A stretch of 64,000 nt of DNA from positions 46,748,001-46,812,000 of the forward strand of contig OX597828.1 in assembly GCA_951406725.2 (NCBI GenBank), given 5' to 3'. Made by a program: the position numbers and the translations under genes. Under the pieces are notes generated by a model. The model did no database searches. It had not been told where the DNA came from and worked only from the letters and a program-made list of their open reading frames with translations. Every line of letters starts with the position of its first letter. The stretch's first letter is position 1. Source of the DNA: Octopus vulgaris (taxonomy: Eukaryota). Of this stretch, positions 27,961 through 42,249 are shown in pieces.

Positions 27961-29586
27961 AACCTATAATAGATACTTAGCAAGTTCTGTTTCAGGTAGT
28001 CGAGATCGGCTACTTAAAGACCTAAATATTACCCAGAATTCATTTAAATTATTTGTCTTGTCATTAATTATCGTAATTGCTTCTAATTCAGATGCAAGTA
28101 TGACTGATTTAAGACCTATAGAGGTTCTAAGCACTCAAAAGATTTTGGCATCCATTTATGTGTAATTCAAAATATAAACAAATAATAAACCATAAAATAA
28201 ATTTAATTTTTTTTAAAATTAAACAAAACTAACAGAAAAATGGGGAATAATGTTTTTTTTTATACTTCCACTTGATTTACTTTTTGAAAATTCTGTACTT
28301 TTTTCTAATTGCAAAGTCTTTGGTCAAATCTTCCCTATGACATTATGAACACTTCAAAATTATGTTTCCAATCATATAAATCACTCAGAATTTATTTTAG
28401 CAAGTTCAAAGTTATATATTTTGTGTAGTAGACCATTTACTATTTCTGTGATGCTTCCTTACCTTGACGCCCTATGCAAGTGCTTATTTTGCTTAATGGT
28501 TGATCAAGCGCTAGATACAGAGGCAGAAATTTGGGGAAGAAGGTTTAGTCGATAACAACGAACCTAGTCCCTAATTGGTATTTTATTTTATCTTCTCCAG
28601 AAAGTTGGGTGAGAGGCGAAATTGAAGATCTGGAAAAAAAAGCGGTACAAGCCATTTTGTCCGAAGTTCCTAAAGTTTCTGCTAATGAAACAGTATTTTC
28701 CGGCATACAAGTCGAATATTTCAGACCAAAATTTACAGCCAAAAAAGAAAGGTCGACTTATACACCAATACATCTTTCGATGATCGAAAATATAATGTGG
28801 AATGCAGTGGTATTTGGAAGGATAGTGATGATATTTGAATGTTTACGCTACAAGTACCAGTTCAGTTGAGTGACATGACATGATTATGAGAGCGTCGACC
28901 AAAAGATTCTGTCATATTAGTTCCACATCATCACAATTTGACAGGGCGTCCTGTTTAATGTCACATCTTTCCCTGTCTTCCTACATTGAGTGAATATAGT
29001 GTTAGTCACAGTAGTGTAATACATCCTTCTTTCTAATTACTCATTCTATCTGTTCCGATTATGAGGATCTGCTGATTCATGGGATGACGATTTGAAAGGG
29101 TTTCTGTGCATCACCAGCCCGCTAATACGTGGGTTGCTATTGAGTTATATTCGATATACATCTATACATATACATGTAGGTAGTGGTAGCGATTTTCTTC
29201 ACTACTTCAGTCAGTGACGACCCTGCCTGACACGAGTCGCTGGCTCAGCTGACTCCGGTTGACAGTACCCGGTATGGGCCCCTATCCAGGGTTACGGAAA
29301 GGAGACAACCTTCAAAGAAATCCTGAGTGGAACTCCGTTGGCGGTTTAGTGTTCGACTCGACACTCTTCCGGCAGCTCCTGCAACCAAGCGTAATGCTCT
29401 GCACTCCTTTGGACTACGTCAGCAAGGTCGAGAGAGGAATCCTGACGATTGGGCTACCCAGGATTTTCTTACATCTATCCCAAGCCTGCGCAAAACTGGA
29501 GAGGACATGGAATGTAAAGACCAAACAGCATTAGTTTATGGGCAACTCCATTGTCTCCCGAGACAAAAGGATGCCAGCCACAACAG

Positions 29587-29645
<59 letters not shown>

Positions 29646-30689
29646 TGTATGTATGTATGTATGTATGACCGTAGTTTAGTGACTGAAAGAAGTAAAAGAT
29701 AAAATTTAAATGCCTCTAGCATTAATTTATTTTCTCTAGCGTCAATTATATTCTTGATATTTGTTGATTCAGATTTCTCAATTTTTTTAAAGAATTATTA
29801 TTTATTTATCCGAAACAACAACAGTTGACGGACAGAATCAGTTGCGAGGTGTACGAAACAGATTGAGATTTTTCATTGTGTCTTTTTTTTCTATTTCTTT
29901 TTTATTTTAAACCGTGGACTACAAAATCTTCCACTCTTTTGAATTTGTTGCTGTTTAACACCTAAATCTCTCATGATAGAACAGAATCAGAAGAATTCCA
30001 ATTTTTGAGCATTTTTTTTTTTTTTTTTGGTTCTTTCTCTTAAAGTTACTGAAGATTACTTTATCCAATGTGTCTCTTTTCCTGAGACGGTTGTGTAAGA
30101 TGAAGGTTGTTTAGCCGATATTTCAATCTAGTTAAAGGCCCACATACAACACCCGCCCTCGTTTGCTTAGAGTGCCTAAAGGTTGATAAGATAAATATCT
30201 GATGAATTACCAGGATTGATATAATCGGTTATACAGTTGATGTTGGAGCTTCAGGCACAGCCTAATGACAGAAACTGGCAGAAAAGAAATAAAAGGAATC
30301 GTGGTATATCATTTCCTTTTAATTAGACTCCTAACATAACCGAAATTTTATCACAACTCGGAAATTAGAATGAATCGTGAAAGTATCCAACATTCGTATC
30401 TTATCTCCAGAAAGGTAGGTGTTTGCTACCGTCTATTTCTGTCCAATTACTCTAATTACAGCATTTTTAATTTGATGAAGATAATCCTTATTTATCATAT
30501 TCTCCTATTACACTTTAAAGATTTGTCATTAATTCATATTTAACTAAGTGTATCGTCGGTGCGACTCAACATCTATCAGCTTTTACAATTTCACTAACAC
30601 CAGCCCTATCATTAACATTTATTAACTCCCCTTGCCCCTATCAACCTCTCCTAACTTTTAACATCTAACTCCATACACACATATAAGTC

Positions 30690-31240
<551 letters not shown>

Positions 31241-31884
31241 TCTTGATGCGTATACACCCGTACAATAAAAAATACCTGATCGTTATGCAGTTATGTTTCA
31301 CTACATTGATGTGGTATAATGATGGCTGGTAGAGGGACAAATTCTCTCGACTACAAGCACAAGGCTTGAAATTTTGCAAAACTGTGTCAGTTGATTACAT
31401 CGACCGCAGTGGGGCTTAACTGATACACTTTTTGTCGAGCCCAAAAGGATGAAAGGTTAATGGTAGTTGTTGTTCTAGGTGTGATGCAACACCCAATACC
31501 ACCAAATTTTATGTAGAGGTATAACAAAAGTTTTGCATTAAGATTTGTGATTAAATTAATGAGTAAGGTAAATATTTATTATGAATTTGACCCAGAATAT
31601 AAGACGAGGTAGGATGACCTTCGTCTTTCTCTGATGTTTATTGTGTTTTTTAACACAGCAAGTCCATAATAAATGTTGTCTCAGAAGAAACACTGCAGTA
31701 ACTGTCCTATTGACAGTCTGTGTATACGTTAAATATGATACCTGGATGACTATTTTAATAAAATACTGCGTCAATAGCTAAGCTGCGAGGCCGTAAAGAA
31801 ATCGACACTGGTTGTCAAGTAGTGCTGGGGGGAAAACACAATGATACATACAAACACACACACATACATATGTGTGCGTGCATG

Positions 31885-31932
<48 letters not shown>

Positions 31933-31947
31933 CAAACACACATCTTG

Positions 31948-32380
31948 CCTTTTACTTGTTTCAGACATTTCATTGCGGTCAAACTGGGGCTCTGCCTCGA
32001 AAGATTTTTTTTTTAGTCGAGAGTTCGACCCCAGGAATGATTTTCTTTTAAAGCCTAGTACTTATTCCATCCGTCTCTTTTGCTGAACCACTAATTTACC
32101 AATACCGTGGTCAAGCAGTGGTATGTGGCAGGCAAACACATACACCTAGACGCAAACATGCAAATAGGTACACAGACAAACATTCAAACACGCACACACG
32201 CAAACAGATAACTATATGATGAGCTTCTTTCAGTTTCCGTGCACCAAATCCACTCACAAGGTTTTGGTCAGCTCGCGGCTATAACAGGAGACACATAAAT
32301 AAATTGCTACACAGTGGGACTGAAACCGGAACCATCTCGTTGGGAGGCAAGCTTCTTATCTCATAGCTAGACCTGCGCCC
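31948..32380 (-). mobile_element. Diverged SINE family A
   Basis: Colinear with 13946-14370. Confidence 0.75.
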
Positions 32381-32532
32381 TCTATATATTTATATGCGTG
32401 TGTGCGTGTGGATATCAATCTCTATATCCTGCTGAACGGAAATATACAGTATATCCACGCTAAGTAAGATATACAGATTGATATACATACATGTGCATAC
32501 ATATATGCATGCATACACGCATCTCTCTCTCT

Positions 32533-32570
<38 letters not shown>

Positions 32571-32619
32571 TATTACTCAGTCACTCTTTCCCTCACTCCC
32601 CCTTGCTTGCTTAAGTGGC

Positions 32620-33050
32620 TCCCACGTGACCATCGGCCATCTTTCTTTCTCTCCATTGTAGCTTGAACAAGGAAGAAGTGTTCTTGTTTGTTTCCTGTCC
32701 TAGCTTGTTTTACGCGTTCGCCACCACAACCTCGTTTACGCTTAACGGCCCTTCCTGTTTGTTTTCAATGTCCTGCTCATGTTATCTATTTTGACTCACC
32801 GCAAAATTCCAAATTTTATTTAATTTGCTTTGCGTGAGCAACTGTTTTATCGAAAGCGTATATTGTTGCTAAATGCTCGAAATACGTGACTAGAAAAACA
32901 GCTAACAACTGATGAAGGGTCGTTCATTATGGTGTTTGTCTTGTTTCCCATTTGTGTTTTTCGTTGTTCGAAAGAATAGGTCATGTTCCATGTGCTCGTG
33001 CTTCATGATTTTTGTTGTACACGTTTCATGACGTCCTGTGCCCACATACG
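32620..33050 (+). mobile_element. Family P1 repeat
   Basis: GCTCGAAATACGTG..CAACTGATGAAGGG..GTCCTGTGCCCA; homologous to 5130-5400 and 40390-40840. Confidence 0.5.
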
Positions 33051-33094
33051 CATATATATATATATATGTATGTATGTGTGTGTGTGTGTGTGTG

Positions 33095-33441
33095 TGTGTG
33101 GTAAGTAGCTTGCTTACCAACCACATGGTTCCGGGTTCAGTCCCACTGCGTGGCACCTTGGGCAAGTGTCTTCTACTATAGCCTCAGGCCGACCAAACTG
33201 AAAGAAGCCCGTCGTATATGTATATATATGTTTGTGTGTCTGTTGTGTTTGTCTCCCCAACATCGCTTGACAACCGATGCTGGTGTGTTTACGTCCCGGT
33301 AATTTGGCGGTTTGGCAAAAGACCGATAGAATAAGTACTAAGGTTTACAAAAATAAGTCCTGGGGTCGATTTGCTCGACTAAAGGCGGTGCTGCAGTATG
33401 GCTACAGTCGCATGACTGAAACAAGTAAAAGAGTAAAAGAG
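33095..33441 (+). mobile_element. SINE family A
   Basis: Matches the 9437 copy with an internal deletion. Confidence 0.85.
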
Positions 33442-33504
33442 AATATGTAAATATGTACATATACGTATGTATATATGCATATATATATGTAGATATTATA
33501 TTTG

Positions 33505-33567
<63 letters not shown>

Positions 33568-33688
33568 TGTGTAAATATATGTGTGTGCATATATACATAT
33601 ATATACATGCACACATACAGATATATGTATGTGTATGAAGATAGATAGATAAATAGAAAGATAGGTAGATAGGTAGATAGATAGATAT

Positions 33689-33722
<34 letters not shown>

Positions 33723-33733
33723 TGATAGATAGG

Positions 33734-33845
<112 letters not shown>

Positions 33846-34712
33846 CTGACATACATGCATGCACACATACAAACACCTTTACATATACAGACACATACAC
33901 ACATATGCTGTGACCCAGCTAATTTTTATTGTATTTCTTCTACATCTGATACAATAGATAGATTGAAGAAATAGCAATGGACACGACACTGCTTCCTGAA
34001 ACACTATATTGAACGACTGCTCTACTTCTAGGGTGAAAATCTGACGTCAATGCGACGTTACAAAGGAAACGCCCTGTATTGAACTTATCTGTTTGTTACC
34101 CATGTTAACTGCTAAATATATTGTTAAACGTATTCAAGAGCTGAAGGTCGTCACGATGTATTTTGTGCGCAATGCCTTTAATGACGAAATCGATCACAGT
34201 AATATGACATATATCTGTATAGAAAACAGACAATACTGTAAACAATCGAGAGAGCAATCATAGCTCAATGCCATGACATAAACTTATACAACTCTTTTTT
34301 AATGCATGGATAAGACTTTGAAATTTACAAGGAAAGGGTATAGTTGCATATACTGACCCAGCATTTGACTGTGGCTTATTTTATCAATGAATGGCTGTCC
34401 TAGAACGGATCTGAAGTGAAGTAATGAGCTCAAGCAAATAGTGCAAACATCATTCGTTTTCTCCGACGTTGTAAAAATGGTGCAAATCCTCCGCTCTTAA
34501 ATACCTGGATCTGATTTAAGGGCAACGACAGAAAATTTGAGGGGAGATGTGTTTGTTGATTCCATTGATACCGGTGTGTGAGTAGTACTATATTGTATCG
34601 ACTTCAAGATGTTGAAAGGCAATGTAAAGCTCAGCGGGATTTGAACTCAAAACAGTTTAAACCAATAAATCACACACTCACACAAACACACACATTCACA
34701 CATACACATGTG

Positions 34713-34762
<50 letters not shown>

Positions 34763-34781
34763 CATACATACATACATACAT

Positions 34782-34848
<67 letters not shown>

Positions 34849-35639
34849 ATAAATTAATAAATAAAACATATGCATATATGCATACATATATGTACGTACC
34901 TACCTCTACATGCATATATACATGCATATATTGGTACAGGACACCAAAAAGACGTCGAACACCATGAGAAACGAAATCATAATATATATAGGCTAGCCAA
35001 ACGTTTTGAACAATATGAATTATCCATCTGATATAATTATTTTCAAATTTCGTTCGAGAACATTCCAGAGAAATATAATTTTCAACCAGTTCTATAAATC
35101 AACACCTCTTCGACTTTGATAATTAGATAAATAATTTGATAAGAGCAATCATACGAAACTTTCAGTCCTTGAGTCACTAGTAATTTATATATATATATAT
35201 ATATTACTGCTAATAGTCTATATTTAAGATAGCGTATTTTTATATATATACATAAGTATACACAATTGTACCGAACGCGATATCCTTGATTATGTGTCTT
35301 GATTATGCTTGTACTGACGATTAAACAGTGCATTTTGTGCACTATTTATGAAATCATATGATCTGCAGCTGAATCTGCTTGTAAAAGGCCCGCTTCGAGA
35401 GTTACTTTCCCTCGCATTCGGTACAATTGTGTTTATTATGGTAGTTTTGACTTTAAGAGCCCCTCCTAGCGTGAGGCATTTATGCATGATAATGCCCTTA
35501 ATATAAATAAAAATATATTTAAAGGGAATAATAAATAAATTTTTCCCTTATGAGGCTTTTTCACGCTAACTAGTTGATAAATTCTTATAAAGATTTTATT
35601 CTATTTTTAAATTGTACGTAAGTGTATATATAGAATGCT

Positions 35640-36830
35640 GTAATTAAGAATGGAGCAGAAACGTCTTCGCATCTGATATAGAAAAGCTGAAATATTTGCA
35701 AACTCCATAGTCCGGTAGAGGGCACGCTCATCATGTGCTAAACCGAGTTTCATTGCAGCCCCTTTGTAACTATGGCAAACTACACCATTAATAGTCCTCA
35801 TATCTTCAAATGATGTAGCTCCGGGAATACGATATTGTAAATCTCTCAGATAGAATCGCTCTTGTTCCTTTGGTGAAACAATGTTGATACACACAATTCA
35901 GTGTGTATTATTTTATCCTGAGATGCCACATTTTTTTCACTATTATTCCATGTGTAAGATTCAGGGAAATCAGTATAGTGTGATGTACGTGCAAATAAGT
36001 TGGCTGGTGATTCCCGGTTAACTCGCATCCATTGAGTGAGAGTGAACCTCATGTATGTGGATAACATGTTCAATATCATTATCGTCATTAAAGTAAATGT
36101 ACTGTTGTTGGGGTAGCTGAACTGTAAGCTGTTGGACTGCAGGATATGAACCATGTAATTTGAACCCTAAAACCTTCCAGACCGCCTCTGATGAGAATAC
36201 ATAGCAGCCATTGATATGATTTTCAATTTCATCTTTGCGTGTTTGTCGTGCATGGTTTGTCCACTAATATTGACTGTCACCCAATCATGACTTTTATGAA
36301 TATATTTGCTAATATATTTAACTGATTTTACAGAAGCATATATATCTATATTACAATGGCCTCCATATTTGAATAAAAAGAAGGGGGGAATATGGTACTA
36401 CTGAACGATTATCTAATTCAACATTACACCTTGTAAATGTAAAGCCATTATTTCGACGTCGGTAAAAGGCGATAGCCATTATAACTGTATAATGTATTTT
36501 CTTGAAAGCCTTTAGGGAAATGTTTTGTATATTCCCCATCAACCATACATGTTGTATTGGGTTTATCTTTTCCACATGGATCATGTAGCATGCTTTTGGT
36601 GACATGTTGAAACAGAATTAATTGTCTTTATGGATTTGGAAGTTCTGCAAAAAGAAATTTAACATAATGTTCTGGATTTTTTTTTTAATATAAACAACAC
36701 ATAATGGGGTAGAGCACGCTTTTCGAACTCTGTAGTCCACATGTACCTTGCAACATTCTTCTCCAAAATATCATGCAAGAGATCCCTAAGTTTCATATTA
36801 AATACTCTGTCAATTTCCCACTCCAAAGCA
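35640..36830 (-). mobile_element. Helitron Rep/helicase pseudogene
   Basis: YMWTTEFEKRALPHY (Rep motif 2, EFQKRGLPH), YRRRNNG..LDNRSVVPYSP, ERFYLR..GATSFEDMRTING; many frameshifts. Confidence 0.88.
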
Positions 36831-38722
36831 GCAGCACCATTCTTTATCGTCATGAGGAAGAAAGTTCAAATGTCCACAATAATAGAAATACACGAGAAAA
36901 AAGGAAAAAAAAAAAAAAGCCCGAACGCAAAAATAGACAGTAAAAAATAAGACAAAGAAAACAAAAAAAGATAATTCAAAAACAGAAGGAAAAACATGGA
37001 AGAAATAAAAATATGGTTCCAAATGGTAACTACACAATTCCGGCCACTGGTACTCCAGGCCCTCTTCTTTTGCTGGTACTCCGAGCTGGAATCTTAAATC
37101 CACAGAAGATGAATCTTCGCCACAATGGGTCACAAAAGATTTCAATGACTGGAAACAACTTCAATTTTTGGGGCGGGGATACACCCCCAACATTTTTTCA
37201 ACACGCAAAAATCACAATAGCCGCCGAGAGTAGGCGAAATTGTCCCGGAGCTGGGTGAAATTTACTGGAAAAAAAGTCTAAAACAATAAATCACGCCCAG
37301 CTCAAAACAAACAAAATCACCTACCTCGCACGGACTTCTTAATTTTCAGTTTTAGGACGGAGCGCACTAGCTCATGTCTTCTTTATTCAAGTGTTGAAGC
37401 AAAACACCAACACGCATGCGCGGGTAAGCAAGCTTCTTACCACACAGCCACTCCTGCGCCTATTAAACATATTAATATTTCTCATAAAACGGTATATATT
37501 CAATTTACATCTATATTATTTATGATTATTTAAGGCAAACACAAGTAAAACGTAAATTCTTTTCCCTTTAATGTGTTTGTGTATATTTGAGTTTGATTTT
37601 CATATGTTCGTCAATTCGCTAAGATCCCTTTAAGGTAAAGAAAATCGAAATTTTAAATTCGGGGGTAGGGTGGGATGAAATTTGAAAAGGTGTTTTGGTA
37701 TTTTTGTTTATTCGTAATATCCGACATAGAGTAAACACCATGCAATAATATTTCTAGATGTCTTATATCACAAAAGCAAATCGAATTGTATGAATAGATC
37801 ATAAGATTGATACGTGTAGTAAAAATTTCAAATAGGGTTGACGGTAATTTTTGTCTTCGGGCATGCGCATAAACATGTACTCCGGTCTGGAAAATGCTAT
37901 AACCGGTTAATATATATCACTGGGCATGCATAACAGGTCGTACAGAGAAACGTCTTTTCTTTTAGATATATTACTAATGATCCGATGACAGAGAATGTGA
38001 GTCTGTCTGTCTGTTTTCTGTCTGTTTGTCTGTCTAGTTGTGTGTGTGCCTAAAACTCGAGAGCTACCCAACCGATTTCATTCATATCTTATATATGAAT
38101 TACTCGGGGTCCATGGAGCGTCATGGGCCCAAATCATTTTCAACTTCTTGCCTAATGCGGGCCCGCAGCAATCTCTTAGACTGGTTGTGTATTACATGCC
38201 AAAAGTGAAGCAATATCATGTATATTGTAATGTGATATATTGTTTCACTTTTATACATTCACTTTTAATTCTGACTATAATATTGTTTTACTTTTATTCT
38301 GATTAGTAGAAGTCACTAGTTCAAGGTGTCACGCAGCAAGAGTAAAGACGGAACCATGTGGTTCTGGGTTCTTACCACATTGACACGCTTGCACGTATAA
38401 TGAGTGTTTCCATCATAACCGGTGATTTGCGAGATACGCGACTACTTTGCTCAATGGTTTATGTAGGTCAGAGTGTATAAGTGTATACACTACTACGTGG
38501 GTCCATGCGTGTATATCTGTCAATCTGAGTATGCGTGTGTAAGTATGTGTGTGTGTGTGTAAGTGTACGCTTGTGTGCGTTAGTGCGTGTCTGTGAATAT
38601 CTATTTGAACAACAATAAGAGACATTAGGTTACGTAAATATTTACAATCATAAAAAAACTTTATTAGTACAAATCAAGGGTGAAAAATCAAACCTAATAA
38701 AAAAAAGCTATAAAACTTATGC

Positions 38723-38825
<103 letters not shown>

Positions 38826-39049
38826 ATGTGTGAAATGAGATTGTTCCTTCCTAGGGATATTTACACAAGCGTACACCGGTTTAACTCTATATAAATTAAC
38901 GATACTGGAAATTCAACACGTGTATACGTACTAGTGTTTATCATCGGTTCTTCTTCGATAATAATACGTTACACTTTTGAAATCGCAGTTGTCGCTATGG
39001 ATATTTCCCTCTTTAAAAATAATCAATATATCATAACAGTCTATTCATG

Positions 39050-39140
39050 TTGCATACAACCGGTTTCAATTATATTACTTACTCCATGTAATGCAAATCA
39101 ATTGCTCATGAATTTGTAAAAGCAATAACCTTCATCAGTC
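39050..39140 (-). ncRNA. Hammerhead-like motif (inverted partner)
   Basis: Minus strand CTGATGA (39138-39132) ... GAAACCGGTTGTA. Confidence 0.5.
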
Positions 39141-39145
39141 ATTTT

Positions 39146-39242
39146 TTGCCCTGATGAAATTTGTCTTGCTTTTTCAAATTCATAATGCATTTTAATTGCA
39201 TAAATGTAGATTGCAGTAATAAACCGAAACGCATGTAGGCAA
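39146..39242 (+). ncRNA. Type I hammerhead ribozyme motif
   Basis: TTGCC-CTGATGA (39151-39157) ... GAAAC-GCAT-GTA-GGCAA; perfect 5-bp stem I, eroded stem II. Confidence 0.7.
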
Positions 39243-39454
39243 CATGAGTTGACTATTATAAGAAATATATTGATTTTTCTGTATATGCATTCACCATTTT
39301 CTTTGTATTGTAAAATTATATATATATGTATGCGTGTATGTATATATATATATACATGCATACAAATATGTGTGTGTGGTATATATATATATATATATAT
39401 ACTAGCAGGGATACCTGGCCTTGCTCGTAATTAAAATGGCATAGTCTTTTCATT

Positions 39455-39715
39455 GTTTTACTTGTTTTAGTCATGTAACTGCGGCCATGCTGGAGCACCG
39501 CCGATGGTCGAGCAAATCAACCATGGGATTTATCCATTGTAAGTCTAGTACTCATTCTATCAGTGTATTAGGCCGAACCTCTAAGTCATGGGAACGTAAA
39601 CTCAGCAACATCGGTTGTGAAGCAATGGTGGGAGTACAAACACAGACACACACACACAAATATAGACATATAGACAGTCTTCTTTCAGTTTCCGTGTACG
39701 AAATCCACTCACTAG
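39455..39715 (-). mobile_element. SINE family A, 3' part
   Basis: TTACTTGTTTTAGTCATGTAACTGCGGCCATGCTGGAGCACCGCC. Confidence 0.75.
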
Positions 39716-39716
39716 G

Positions 39717-39792
<76 letters not shown>

Positions 39793-40210
39793 CCATATAG
39801 ATACATAGTGAAACTAATATATATACACATAGAGAAACTATTAATAAAGATTCTATTGAAACTGAAAGTATTATCTCACATTACAACAAAGATATTATTG
39901 TTTCACTTTTGACACGTAAAACTGAAACAATTTAAGAGATAAGCGATTGCTCCGGGTTCGCATTAGGCAAGAAGTTGAAAATATATTTTGGCACAAGACA
40001 CAGCATGAACCCCTAATTAAAGCACGTGTAAAATTTGATACACATATACAGACTGACAGACAGGCACACACGTTCTCAGTTTTATATATATATGCGTGTG
40101 TGTATGTTTCTGTGTGTGTACAGATATACATTGAAAGATACATATACCTATATATATACATACAGACATACATTCTCTCTCGTGTACACACACTCATATA
40201 TATATATATG

Positions 40211-40264
<54 letters not shown>

Positions 40265-40389
40265 CATATATATATTCATATCGATATATATATATATATC
40301 ATATATTATATATATATACATACATACATACATACATACATACATACATACATACATACATACATGCATACATATTTGCATATATGTAT

Positions 40390-40840
40390 GTATGTATACC
40401 GAACGTTACCAACGGTGCAAATAACATGAAATACGTAAACATACGAGGGAGAAACGAGAGAAATTCCTAAACAAGAGGAAAAAATGGAAAACGGGACAAG
40501 TTAATACAGAGAAAGGATCCTTTCGCCAGTTGTCGGCTGTCTATCGAGTCTTCATTTCGAGCATTCAACGACGATATGAGTCTTGAAAAACATTTGCCCC
40601 CATAAATTCCTAAAATTTAGGATTTATGGAAAGTCAAAGTTGGGAACCAGAACGAAAACGAACATGGAGGGTCGTCAGACCAGAACGAGGGGAGAATAGT
40701 GAATGCTGGGAGATTGCTGGGTTTTTTTTAAGAGAAAAGATAGAAGAAAGAGAGAAAACACGTGCGTTTGTTTAAACGTCGGTGCATGAAAAGAAAGTTG
40801 ATCACGTGAAGGAAAAGATGGACGATGGTCAGGTGTGAGC
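40390..40840 (-). mobile_element. Family P1 repeat
   Basis: Reverse complement matches 1040-1520. Confidence 0.5.
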
Positions 40841-40995
40841 AACGAGAGAGAAAGAGAAAAAAAGAAAGAGGAGAGAGAGAGAGAAACAGATAGGAGACAG
40901 AAGAAGGGAGGGGAGAAAAAGGTATTAGAGAAGGCTGGAGGGAGGAATAGAATAGAGAGTGGCATCAAAAAGTTGAAGATAAATTTACTCGCAAA

Positions 40996-41033
<38 letters not shown>

Positions 41034-42249
41034 TATATATATACATGCATATATATACATACATATATATACGTACATATATTTGCATTAATACATATAT
41101 ATATATGTATATGTTTGTATTTATATATATATACATATATGTATACACATACATATACATATATAAATATGCATATATATAGACATACATATATATAGCC
41201 TTATGAGTGTCTGTGTGTAAATACATGCATGTGTGTATATATGTATGTATATATGTATATAGGTGTACATATATATATATATATACATACATACATATAT
41301 ACATACATACATATACATGCATGTGGGTATATATGTATCTTTGTATGTATATATATATATGTAAATATGTATGTATATATGTATACAGTATATATATATA
41401 TTTATTATATACACATATATATATCTATATGTACATATATGTATATGTGTGTATCTATGTGTGTATGTGCCTGTGCACATATGTGTATGCATCAATGTGT
41501 GTGTGTGTGTGAGAGTATGTTTGAGTCTGTGCGTCTATGTATATGTGTATTTGCGTGTTTGCATGTGTCGTCGACGTGTATATGCGTATGTAAGATTGAA
41601 GCGTAGTTAAATATAGTTTTACTTGGTATGACCTACAACCAATTTCTTTGTAATTTTGTTAACAGTTCACAGAAAAGGTCACACTACTCTATTCCACCGA
41701 ATTGAAGGTGATTCGCACTTTTTCAGCCGATCGTCTAATATGTATGTATATGTGTCTCAGGGTCCTATGTACCCATGTTGTAATATATAAACATATATGT
41801 GTGTGAATATAATGTATGCAATATACATGCCCACATGTTTATATATATATATATATATATATATATCTTGCTGTTTTTTCTCTTTCTCTTCATCTCTATA
41901 TATGTATATGTATGTTTATATGCAGATATAAATATATATATACACACACACACACACATGTATGCCCCGTCTTCCTTTCCCACGTGATGTCCTTGGTCAT
42001 CATCGGCGACGACGGAGGTACTACTACTAATAATAACAACAACAACAAGAAGGAGGGGGAGGAGGAGGAGGAGGAGAAGAAGAAGAAGAAGAAGAAGAAG
42101 AAGAAGAAGAAGAAGATGAAGAAGAAGACCACAAAGGCTGAGCACCAAAACATACAGGTAAAATACAAACAAGGGACAAGTGGCGTTTAAAACAGAAAAT
42201 GTGTAAACAATAAAAACAAAAACAAAACAGTTAACAACAACAATAAAAG

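Noticed and set aside
28580-28869. Apparent splice acceptor plus 86-aa ORF
   Set aside because: The acceptor lies in a decayed SINE C sequence and the peptide has no recognisable homology.
29180-29590. GC-richer segment with two overlapping ORFs
   Set aside because: Probably a LINE 5' fragment; no motif I can support.
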